From: Bilabrum cf. latius | Lineage: Eukaryota | Length of the DNA stretch: 64,000 nucleotides | Direction: 5' to 3' | Assembly: GCA_965178125.1 (NCBI GenBank) | Contig: OZ237735.1 | Coordinates: 1,488,001 to 1,552,000, forward strand | Shown here: positions 23,152-34,534 of the stretch, in pieces | Numbering within the stretch: position 1 is the stretch's first letter | Layout: each line of letters begins with the position of its first letter | Notes under the pieces: model-generated | What the model was told of the DNA's origin: nothing | What the model saw: only the letters and a program-made list of their open reading frames with translations | Database searches by the model: none | Program-made: the position numbers and the translations under genes

Positions 23152-26100
23152 ATGAGCAAGAGCTTGTCCAGGGTTATGAAATCCATAGCTGTACCCGCAG
23201 CTCGAGGCGGGCGCAGTCGGAAACGAAGCCGAGCATCCATGCACCACCTCGCACAAGACGAGCAGAAGGAGGACGATGGTTTGGGGCTCGATTTCACCAA
23301 TTTACGATTGAAACGGGATCACGAATCGAGGCCATTTTGGGTGTGTCCGAACGGTGTCATAGTTTTGGAGGCTTTCTCGCCCCTGTACGAACAGGCTCGA
23401 GATTTCCTCATCGCGATTTGCGAGCCGAAATCACGCCCGGAGCACCTGCATGAATACGCACTGGACGAGAATGCACTATTTGCCGCTGCATCGATGGGGC
23501 TTACATCGGATATCATATTGTCGGCTCTCAATCGGCTCTCCAAGGTGAGCTAGTAGCGCATCAGAGGACGCTAGCTTGAGCATTCCTTTGCACTGGCCCT
23601 GCTTTCTTATTTGCCACTCGCACATTGCAGGTTCCAGTCCCGCGTGCTGTAAAACGATTTGTTCGACAAGCTACCGCCGGATACGGCAAGGTGAAGCTGG
23701 TCCTGCACCGCTCCCGATACTTTGTCGAATCGGCGTACCCGGCAGTCCTGAGGTACCTGCTCGCTTTTCCCGACATCGCTGCGGCGCGCGTCAAGCTGCC
23801 TGCATCTCGGGGCGGCGCCGGTGGCGCGACGGGATCAGGGGGTGGAGGCGACGGCGGAGCTTTCGGAGACTTCATCGTCGGCTCGGTCACAGGGGAGACT
23901 GGGGAGTCACTGGGGCTGGAGGGCATCGTCGGGAGCAAGAAGAAGAAGCAACAGCAGCAGCAGCAGGGAAACTAGGCAGGTTAGGAGGGATACAGAGACG
24001 CTGCTTCTGGCGGGGACCAGGCAGCGGGTGACGGCATCGTTGCAGACATGGTCCGGGGCGAGGTGGACACTGACGAGGAGGGCGAGCTGGAGGCAGACAT
24101 GCTGGCGGCGCTGGCGGAGCAGGCCGAGGCGGAGGCTGCTGGCATCCAGGGGCCTTCGGCCGCGGATCGTGCACAAGCTGTAAGCAGGCTCATGCAGAGC
24201 GCGAAGCGAAGGGGCATCATGGACGACTCGGATTCCGACGAGGACGAGGACGAGGAGCTAGAGCTGGAGTTCGGCACGGGGGCCAGTTACGGCCACGTGC
24301 GCACCAAGCCCAGACATGCAGCCATGAGCTCCGCGGGAGAAGATTCATCTACAGTAGTGAGCTCTTTAGCAGCCGGGTCCGTGGCCGGGCACGGCGGTGA
24401 CAGTCACACTGTGCGCAGCAGCGCGTTATCGACGGCAGGCAACTCAGACTCTGCTGGTGGATCGGCTACATCTGCGCCCACGATTCGACTGACGATTGGG
24501 CCCAAGGGAAGCGGTGCAAGCAGTGGCCATGGATCCGTATCGAATTCAAGTTCGAGTGCAGCGGGAGCCGCCGGCTAGGGCCAGCCCAAGATAAAGCTTG
24601 TTCTGAAGCCCGGACAGACGGGTGCCACAAAGGGCCCTGTGCAAGGCAATAGAAGGCCAAGCGCGAGCATGCGCGACGACGAAGACGAAGAAGAGGAGGA
24701 TGAAGAAGAAGATCTCCCCGAAAACGTTGCGCATCTTATTGGTAGCAGTAGCAGCGAAGACGAGGCAGCCCAAGAAAGCTCGGATGACGAGTTCGATGCG
24801 AAGCAGGCGGCAATGGACGATGGGGGCGATGATGACGACGAGGAAGCGATAGAGAAGAACCTGAGAGGTTCACGATCTAAGGCAGCCATGGTTGACTCGG
24901 ACGACGACTATGATGGCGATGGACAGGATGAAGACTCCGATATCTTGGAGATAGACGACGATGCCGTCGATGAGGAAGAGGAAGCGGAGATCCAGGAGGC
25001 GCTAGAAGATCTCCGCCGCGGGAGGGAAAAGGCAGCTAAGAAGAAGGCACAACGTGCCAAGAAAACGAAAAAGGCCGGTGCAGCTGCCGGCAAGCGGGCC
25101 ACCGCGAAGAGCAAGGCAGCCGCAGCCAAGGCCGGCTACATCGGCGGCGCCAAGACGGAGGAGGACCTCGCTCGCATCGAGGAGGCGAGACAGGCGGCTC
25201 TGCGGGCCATCCAGGCGTCCGAAGACGATCGAAGAGCGGGCGGGTCCGGCCCAAGGCAGGTGGTGAGTTTCGAGCTGCACAGCGCAAGGGTCGATCAGGT
25301 CAGAGAGATCTGCCTCAAGACCAGACCTCCATTTCCCCTCATGCTGGAGTACGATTTCAAGGAGGAGTCTTCAGCGGGGAAGGGGCAGGGGCGTGCAGGA
25401 GCTATCTCAGCCGGCGTACCACACCTCGCGATCGACTTGCTTCGGCCGGAGCTGCTGCGGCCGTACCAGTCGAGGTCGCTCGCGAAAATGTTCGGCAATG
25501 GCCGGGCTCGCTCAGGCATGATTGTGCTTCCGTGCGGCGCCGGCAAAACCTTCGTTGGTATCGCTGCAGCCGCCACGATCAAGCGGTCGTGCATCGTGCT
25601 GTGCCCCAATGCCACGTCGGTGTACCAGTGGGAGGCACAGTTCCTCAAGTTCAGCAAGATCGCCAGGAGCAGCATCATGAAGCTCACAGCCAAGGACAAG
25701 CAGCCGCTGCCCCCTCCGGACAGGGGCGTCCTTGTCATCACGACCTACTCCATGATCGGCATGTCCGGCAGGAGATCAGAGGCCACGGATGCCATCATGA
25801 GGCAGATAGCCGGCCGAGAGTGGGGCCTCATGCTGCTGGACGAGACGCACCAGGTGGTCGCAAAGACCTTCAAGCGGGTGCTGCTCCTGAAAGCCCACTG
25901 CAAGCTGGGCCTGACCGCCACCCTTGTTCGCGAGGACGGCAAGGACAAGGAACTCGGCCACATGATCGGCCCCAAGCTGTACGAGGCCAACTGGATGGAC
26001 CTCACCAGGGCTGGCTACCTTGCGAACGTGCAGGTGGTGGAGGTGTGGTGCCCCATGGACCCGGCTTTCTACCGAGAGTACCTGAGGTCCAGCTCCTCCC

Positions 26101-27014
26101 ACAAAAAGCACGCCCTCGCCGTCATGAACCCGAACAAGTGCCTCGCACTCGACGCTCTCCTCAAGGTGCATACGTCCCGGCCAGGCGACAAGGTGATCGT
26201 GTTCAGCGAGAGCGTGTTCGCCTTGTACGAGTACGCAGTCAAGTTTCAGGCTCCCATCATCTCCGGTGACACGCCCATCAAGGACAGGGAGGAGTACCTC
26301 CACGCGTTTCGCTCATCGGACGTGGTGAACGTGCTGTTCCTCTCGCGCGTGGGCGACGTGGCCCTGGACGTGCCCGACGCCAACGTGATCATACAGATAT
26401 CCTCGCACTACGGCTCCAGGCTGCAGGAGGCACAGCGCATGGGCAGGATCCTCAGAAAGGGCTCGAGACAGTCACAGTCCGATGCCGGGATCTCTGTGGG
26501 CGGGCGGGAGCTCTTTTAGAGCTATTTTTACACGCTCATCTCCACGGACACGCACGAGGTGTACTTCAGCAACAAGAGGCGGAGGTACTTGGTAGACCAG
26601 GGCTACGCCTACAAGGTGCTCAAGCTGTTCCCTGGGCTTGGCAGCGAGCCTGAGCTGAGGCGGTAGGCTCGCTTCATGGGCAACGATGATGAGAGGCTGC
26701 AGGTTCTGGAGGATGTGCTGTCCAAAGACGTGGACGCGCAGGAGGCCAAGGAGGCAAAGGCGTTCGACTCGGTGACGGATGGCCTGCAGCAGCAGACGGG
26801 AGATGCTGCCATTCAATCGGCGCTGAGGGGAGGCCTGGGTGCAGGATCGCTGGCCAAGTCTGCCGCTGGCGGGTCTGCCTCTGGTGCGGTGCGCTCAGCC
26901 GGAAGTATGGCAACCCTGTCTGGCGCGGATGGCATTCGGTACATCGAGTATACCGCGGAAGACAGGGCCCAACACGCGCGTGATGCGGCTGCCACGAGCG
27001 GAAGTGGCACTTAA
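23152..27014 (+). CDS. XPB: TFIIH helicase XPB (ERCC3/SSL2); exons 23152-23544 and 23631-27014; ~1,258 aa; 5 internal TAG
   Basis: SRPFWVCPNG..LEAFSP..DFLIAICEPKSRPEHLHEY; YGKVKLVL; LRPYQ..KMFGNGRARSGMIVLPCGAGKT; DETH; LGLTATLVRED; QISSHYGSRLQEAQRMGRILR; then ELF*SYFYTLISTDTHEVYFSNKRRRYLVDQGYAYKV after TAG 26517. Other TAGs at 23973, 23982, 24576, 26664. Ends TAA 27012-27014. Confidence 0.95.
23545..23630 (+). other. Spliceosomal intron (86 nt, phase 0) in XPB
   Basis: AAG|GTGAGC...CATTGCAG|GTT gives LNRLSK-VPVPRAV, collinear with XPB. Confidence 0.9.
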
Positions 27015-27176
27015 TGTTGACCTTTAATATTGACCGCATTGTTTCAGCTATCTCTGCGACCTCCTCCTTTGCATACAAGACTGCGTGCCCGCGGAGCTTG
27101 CGACCGGTGCGACCAACGGTCATCAGGTCACAGCTCATTCAGGCACAAACGCTACCTTAATGCGACATCTTGAGTA

Positions 27177-30100
27177 ATGTACCTTGAAGCAGCTGCATCA
27201 ATAGTTGTGGCATTGCTGCTGCTAGTATCGGGAGCATGTTTGCCTTTCGGGGGCGGGCTGCAGGTAGTATCCTCGCTGGCGCAGCAAGGTCGGCCCCACA
27301 ACAGCTCCGCTGGATCGATCTACGGCCTGCTTGCTTGGCGGCATATTCTAATGATGGCTTGTATTTTGTCTGGACTCACTGTGTCAGTCCATTGGCACGC
27401 CGTTGTGCTGTCAATAGTGTCAACGATCGCGGCCTCTCTTTGCGCGAATTTCGGTCTCGGCTCTCAGCTTTCTTGCCACGCTGCCGGGTTTGGCCTCTTG
27501 GCATCCCTAGTGGTACTAGTATTTATATCTGCGGTGATGTTTCTTGGGTACTGGTGCAGGTACGTCGCGACTTGTGCTCCAGCTCAGAGTATCGGGGAAA
27601 TGCGTGTTGGAACGTCGCGAACTTAGAAACAGCAGACCGGGCCCTGTTGCAGTGGGTGCACTAGCATGATATTGTCCGTATAGATTCCTTCGTGGCTGCA
27701 GTATGCTCGTGGGTTTTCAAGAGCTTTGCCAAGCAGCCGAGATGGAAGGCGTTTTCGGCCGCCAGACCTACGGCCGAGATGCGACAGGCGTGGGATGATG
27801 CCCTGTTGCAGAGCAGTGTGCCGCTTCGCATCTTGGAGCGTGCTTTGGTCCCGTTGGTTGCGATTCGTGTCCTCTGGGACACTCTGCTCCCTTGCAGCTC
27901 TAGTCGTTGCGACGCTGCTCCCTGCTGTTGCGATGCCGGCAGTGGCGGCCGCGGGGTGCCTTTGGGACGAGGCAGCACGTGGCCTTGCGATCGAGCTGTC
28001 TTTCACGTCTGGCCCTGGTAAATTTGCTGTAGGTACCTTGGGCACGGGTGGAGGGGACTCGATACCGGCAGGCTAGGTCCTGGCGAGTGACGGGGCGCAC
28101 GGTCCATTCACTGTGGACGGGGCTGTGTGGGTGTTGGTACCGCCAGGGGCAGATCTCGGGGCCCATGGAAGCAGCCTGGACCTGCTACCTGCCAATGCAT
28201 CGAGCTTTGATCCTACTACTCCCGCTGATTCTGCACCATCCGTTTGGTTTCCGTCGGCCCGAGACTGCGAGGTGCTGCTGCGAGGGGGCAGCGAGGAGGG
28301 AGACAGGTCCGCTGCTCTGGAGAGAGCCTATCTGTCTCTTGCTGCGATCGTGTCGATAGCATCCATAGTGCTTGCGCCTTGCTTTATGTCTATGTCTCAT
28401 CACGCGAGGTGGTTTCCATCCAACGTATCGAACGATTTGTCCCGGTGGATTCTGGTGGTAGTGCTCCTCACAAGCGCGAGCAAGTGGCTTCGGCACCTGC
28501 CGCTGATGCAAGTTGCAGCTTTGCTGTGTATTCTTGCTTCAGATCTAGCTGCTCCTGTATCGCCTCCACCTACGAGCGCATTGATTCGCCGGCGATTGGC
28601 AATCAAGAACGACAAGCAAGGCCTGAGGCAGGGCCGGGGCCCGGGGGACGACTTCAGCCGATCCGGGTTAGACAGCACTACCCACAGCAAGCGCAGGAGT
28701 GCGACAGTTACGCATCGATCTAGCCGCATGGTCACTGAAAGCTCAAGTAGAAGAATCCATGGTTTCGATTCGCGGAAGTAGCGTGGAGCACAGCCAACCT
28801 CCGTGTCGGCCACCCGACGGCACATCAAGAGCTCGAGAGACGACAGCAACTTAGGTTCCGTGTTCTTGCGCAGCTAGCAACGAAAAGAATCTGAAAGCAA
28901 GCGAAGAGCATCTATTCACGGTGGCATGCTGCTAGGAGCTGCCATGACAAATGCTCACGCTGTGGCAACGAGAGATAGAACGGTGCAAAACCAAAGGAAA
29001 GGCTCGTCATTCGCCGGACACGGGACGCGGAAAGAGGAAAGGCGGGTGTCATTCGGCAGGTCAACAGTCGCTCAAGCATCTCGCCAATCCAGCGATAGTA
29101 TGCGCCACACTATGCCTGCCGCGGCGTAGCAGCCACTAGCCAAACCCGGAGACGCGACGGGCCAGCAATTCAATCTCCCCACGGCCATCAGCATCAATGC
29201 TGCCGCTGCACGTGCGGCCGAGTTGGTCGACCAAGCACAGTCAATCGACAGGAACGGACCTTGCTGCGGAGCCCCAAATGCTTGCTTGCATTGGTTTGAT
29301 TGCTTGACGGTCCCAAACAGGCGCGGCAGGTCGCAACGATGCGCGAGCCGTGCAGTCCGGTGCGAAGATGCTGGGCCGCACAAGTGCCTCTCGTACTCCG
29401 CGCTGCTTTTGTTGCTTCTACCGAGCGCCATGATGCACCAATTCAGCTTTGGATTCCTGCAGTTCAAGTCAACGAGTTCAAGGGCCACATCGGGTGCATA
29501 CACAGTTGGCACTGTCTTGGCACAGCTTGGTCCGGACTGGAGGGCAGAGTTGCCGGAAGCACCGAACGATGTGCTGGCTGCACTCGAGTGGGTGCAATTC
29601 TTTGGCATCTGCATGAATATTGGCGTGGTTTTGCTCTACTTCTCTCTTGCAATGGTCTCAGTCGGTGTTCGTGCGAGCGGTGCTAGCCTTGGCCACGCGG
29701 CAGGTGGTTTTGTGATATAGATCCTGCCTTGCGTAGAAAAGCACTGGCCGCTGTGGTACTGCAAGGGGTACGCGGAAGCCAAGTAGCCCCAGCACGTCCT
29801 TTTCTAGCAAGCGGCGCTTATCAAGTCCATCAGAGCCCCACCAGTTGGGGACGGCCAGCAGTTTGTGCTACTCTCAAGCTTCTTCTGTTGTGCACATCTG
29901 GCTGTGCGATGGCTACCTGGCCACCAGCAATAGAGGACGCAATCTCGTACGCAGCAGAGATTAGAACCGTGCCAAGACGTTGAATTGGCTGCCAGGCAAG
30001 GTCGCACATCGGGTCCCCTAGCCTACAAACAATCAGACCGGCGAAGGTCCACAGCACAGAGATCCGGTGGCCCTGCCAGCACCACAGTGATGCCCAATCC

Positions 30101-31400
30101 GCTTGCGAGAGCGCCGAGCACTCAAAACGGTTCTGCTGATGCAGTGCAGGAAAGCAGCGAGGAGAACCGCCGATTGCAGACCTTGGCATTCGCGTCTGCA
30201 CGCATGGTAGCTTTGCGCACGGTGCATCGCGGCCTGCCAGTAATCGGTGAGAACGGCGACGAGGAGGAAGGGATTGGCACTGGAGCTGGTGGAAGCACCT
30301 TCTCGGTGAGCAATCCGCTAGCGAGACGAAACCCCCAGCTGAGTGTCGTTGAGGACTCGGAGGATGAGGTATCTGAAGGAGATGACGATGCATGGTCTGA
30401 GTCTGAATCGGGGAACGAATCTGAGGAGGCCGGCAGTAGTGTCCACCGACATGAAGCTTCAAGCGAGCATAGTGATAGTGAGGCTGGCGACGGTGACGGC
30501 AGTGGCTCCCCAGATCAGCAGTTGGACGACGTGCATCAGCCTACTCATGACAAGCCCAACGTGCGTCACCAAGTCGAGGTTGGCGGCATCTCATCTCCCT
30601 ACAATTCTACCTTGGACATCCTTAGCACCCCTGACCGCTCCCATGACCCGGCCGTTCTAGCAGCAGCGTTCGATTCTGTGCTCGCCAGAAGGTCAGAGCT
30701 GGAGATGGCGAGGGGGCCACGCAGATCAAGAGAACCAATCAGGTCAGGCAGCCACCGGGACCTGCCTCTTCGCGAGTCGACGACCGGAATGGACCAATAC
30801 AGCGCATTTGCTTTGAGTGCTGCCGATGGGCACGGCTCTGTCGGTGCGAGCGCCAGCGGTGATAGTGGTCACTGGCTCGGGGAGCCACGAGCAGTCGAGC
30901 AAGAGGTTGCTCAGGCGGATCACGGGGTTGTCGAAGACAAGGTCGAGGACGAGGACGAGCAGGAGTGCGTGGTAGGCCAGTCAGATGCTGCAGCTGATCG
31001 ATAGCCTGACGACGGTAAAGCAAGCGACAGTTTTCATGAGGCGAGAGAAGACGAGGAGATGGAATAGCAACAAGATAGAGATGGTGGTAGCTCAAAAGCC
31101 AGTTAGTCTTCACATGGGTCGTCAAGTGCGAGCCCGTTCCACGAAGAAGACAGGTCTTCAAATGCATCCTTCAGGTCAGCATAGCAAGCACCTGCTGGGC
31201 TTCCTCCATACAGCGAGCATGATGTGGCCAGGGTCGATGAGCCTGTGCGTGCGTCATTGGACGGTGAGGAATCTGTGGACGACGAGCTGGCCTAGATTGA
31301 AAGGGAAGCAGGCTCATTGCCTAGCGAATAGGAGATGGAGGACCATGACGAGGCCTCGAACGAGTCATCCGAGGAATTCGGGGGGTCCAACGACAGCTAA
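27177..31400 (+). CDS. Uncharacterised multi-pass membrane protein with long acidic disordered C-terminus, ~1,407 aa, 16 internal TAG
   Basis: 4.2-kb single frame with no TAA/TGA until TAA 31398-31400. TAGs at 27624, 27681, 28074, 28779, 28875, 29127, 29718, 29784, 29805, 29931, 31002, 31065, 31104, 31182, 31293, 31329. Several hydrophobic helices. No recognised domain. Confidence 0.7.
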
Positions 31401-31535
31401 ACTGGTTGTTGGCCGAACTCAACGCTACACATCACATGTAAAACGGTGACTGGAATTACAACGCGAAATATATCTGTCAACCATCATCAGTTTGGGCTGC
31501 AGCAACATCACATGCCTCTCCTCCGTCCGTGGGCA

Positions 31536-34285
31536 TCACTGCTTTCCGTTGTCCCAGTACGTGACGACAGGTACCGCAAGAGCATTCCATTTGCCCACTT
31601 CATTTTGCGAGAAAGCCTGGTACACGAGCGTGGTTTGTCCAGTGACAGTTATTCCACTGTCAGGTTCGTACGGGCTGGTGCCTTGCTGGCCCGGCACTGG
31701 GTCCTACCCGGTAGAGGTATAGAAGATGGAGGCGCCCGGACGCGCAACGAACAGCTTCACAGTGGTGCTGTCCGCTTTGTATACCCCACCAGTCCACGTG
31801 GTCTTGCACGACCCGTCCTCCAGCGAGTCTGCGACGTCCTCAAATGAGACAGCCATTGCCTCGGCTTGCTCTTGGCCCAGGCTGCCGGCTGTCTTGCCCA
31901 GCAGACCAGTCTCGCCAGGCCCCGGCGGAGCATCATCTGAGCAAAACGCCCGCACGACTGCATCCCAGGCCACGCTGGAGTTGTAGTGGTGGAAGGGGAA
32001 CGCGCTGCACCCATACGGTGAGTTGTGGGAACACTCGTACCCGTAGATGTTCACATCAGCGTTCCCAATCTTGTTTTTGGCGGGCTCGTCTGCGTGAGTC
32101 CCATCCATGTGCATGATGCCGTGGTAGATTGCCTGCCTCCACGACGAAACAAACGTGAATTGGTCGTACTGATAGTACCCACGCAGCGGGCCTGACCTGC
32201 CTCCTGCATCGCGCATCGAGGACAGCAGGTCGTCAAGATTTTCCAGGCCCTCGTACATCATTGACTAAACCAATGCACGGTTCCCAGTCTAGTTTGCAAT
32301 TATCGAGGCATTCGCGACGATGGCTGCCGTGCTGGCCAAGCCGTACTGCACCGCAGGCTGCAGGCTCGTGTGCCGCTTCCACACGTTCCACGCCCTTGTA
32401 TCAGGCTCCTCCCCGGCGAGGTTTTCGAATGTGTAGGAGAACAAGCGCTTCTCGATGCTGGGCACCATCTGCTGCTGCAGGTGTTCCAGGAGCGGCATGC
32501 TCGGTAGGTAATGCTGCAGCGGAGACCTGCCGCTGGACGGGTCTACCTTGGCCTTCGGATCGTCAAACCAGGCCGAATAAGCTCCCAGGCACGAGCCGAT
32601 GGATCGAGTGATTCCATCGTCGCCAGTGTGGGCGTCATCTGGATTCTCGCTGGCCATCCAGGAGATGTTGTAGTACAGCCCATACAGCTGCGCGACGTCT
32701 TGCGCAATGGACTGATCCGCGGGGTAGTACCTGTTGACCCACTCGCTGATGTACTCGTCCTGCATGCTCTGCCAGGAACTAGAACCGGAGGCCTCGTTCT
32801 CATTGGCGCTTGCACCAGTCTTTGTTGATACTCCCGCGTCCCACAGGTACCGCATGTACGCCTCTATGCTGAGCATGGCTGGACTGTTGTCGCTGGTGTT
32901 AATGATGGCATAGCTTGTGGCATTTCGGCTCTGCATCTGCGACAGCTGCTGAAAGGCCCTTCGGGGTGGAACCATTTCGGAGATTTGATTTGCGTTTCCA
33001 TTGAGCATCATCGCATCTGCGGGTAACGCGAGAGAAACCAATCGTAGCCAATGCCTCGCGTGATCTAGCGGGCGACAGTGCAACTCAACAAAGGCGAACT
33101 ACTAGCAGCAGCATAATACTTACGCGTGTAGAGCCCATCGCCGGACGAGGCATTCTGCCAACCCCGGATAAAGCCGTACCCCGTGTCGGCCCAGATGGCA
33201 GCGACGCCCTCTGGCAGCCTTAGGTAGCCCTCTTGCTTTAGGCGCAGCAGCTCCATCCAGGTGTAGCTGACGATCTTGGGGTCAGATCTGTTGGCGGCCT
33301 GGGAGGCTTCGTGCAGGAAATTGGTCTGGTTGCCTGCGGCCCACGTGATGAGGGCACCCTTCTGCTGATCGGTCTTTACGTACGGGTCATAGCCCCAAAA
33401 GGGGCTGTCCCACAGGCCCCTGAGACCAACCGAGAACGCCACCTCGCGATTCGGACGAAGAATGACCTGGTACTCTGCGAGTGCTTTCCATGCGAAGTGA
33501 TACAGCCTGTGGTTTAGCCTGTAGCAGTATGGCACTCCAAGGGGCCAGGCGTATACGTTGAGTCCCATCGGGGTGACGTGGTGCTGTGCTAGGGTGACAC
33601 CGCGGTTCTCGACAGTCAGGAAGGAGCTCTCGTCCACGAGCCCGAAGGATTCTACGATGATCTGATTTCCACCGAGCCGCAGCAGTGTCTCACAGACTCG
33701 ATCCACATAGTTTGGGTCGAACACTGAGTCGCCGCTCCCGTCCGATCTCGCTTGCGCTGACATTTCTTCGTCGTTCAAGAAAAACCCGGCACGCTAGAAC
33801 TTGCGCTCAGCTTTAACGTATCGAAAATCATCTGGGACATTGATTGAGGGGACTCTCTTGGACGGCGCGTCGATGAACCACCACCACGGGTCAACCCCAA
33901 ACCACTACTCTGACAAATAGTATATCCCATAGGCAAGACCAAGAGGATCAGCTCCAGTTATGGTTATCGTTGTGTAGTTGCCTGCTGACATGCTAGCATT
34001 GGCAGCCACAGTAAAAGTTTCTTTGGGCAGTGCGCCGGAAAGATCCACATCAAAGACGAGCACAGACTGCCCATTCCAGATCTCTGGCATTGCCCCGTCG
34101 AGCACATTTGGTGGTGAATCCATGGCCATGTACCAGTCTCTCTTTAGGTCCTTGATCGAAGACTTGATGGCAGGGCTAGACGGATCGGCTAGAACTGCCC
34201 ACACTGTCGTACGATTTACCGTCAAGGCACCGCTCAAACGAGCGGTAGTTGCAGCCGCGATCAGCATTGCTACTGCATTCACCAT
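31536..34285 (-). CDS. Secreted GH115-like glycoside hydrolase with C-terminal Fn3-associated/chitobiase-like domain; exons 34285-33124 and 33016-31536; 5 internal TAG
   Basis: Signal peptide MVNAVAMLIAAA; ITGADPLGLAYGIYYLSE*WFGVDPWWWF; RKF*RAGFFLNDEE; ETLLRLGGN; VGLRGLWDSPF; IWADTGYG; GLYT|HAMM..ANQISEMVPP; C-terminal ASIFYTSTG*DP. TAGs at 33905, 33794, 32289, 32265, 31704. Ends TGA 31536. Confidence 0.78.
33017..33123 (-). other. Spliceosomal intron (107 nt, phase 1) in GH115-like gene
   Basis: ACG C|GTAAGT...CCCGCAG|AT recreates the His of GLYTH. Confidence 0.85.
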
Positions 34286-34534
34286 GCCAGTGTTGTTTAG
34301 TAACTGGTAAGGCTGCTTTTGTAAAAATGAAAGCCTATTTTTCCGTGTCTGATTTTGGTTTTCTAAGCACACGCTATCTGCGGCGGGGCCTGCTAGACGG
34401 ACATGGACAAGCCTGCAGATGACTGGATGAGCGAGCAAAGGTGTTACACTCAAGCAAAGCAAATTGTGGGGGTATGCAAACCCCCGGGGAAGAGTGAAAC
34501 CTGCAAGTAGGATTCATCGCCCCTCGACCCGCAT

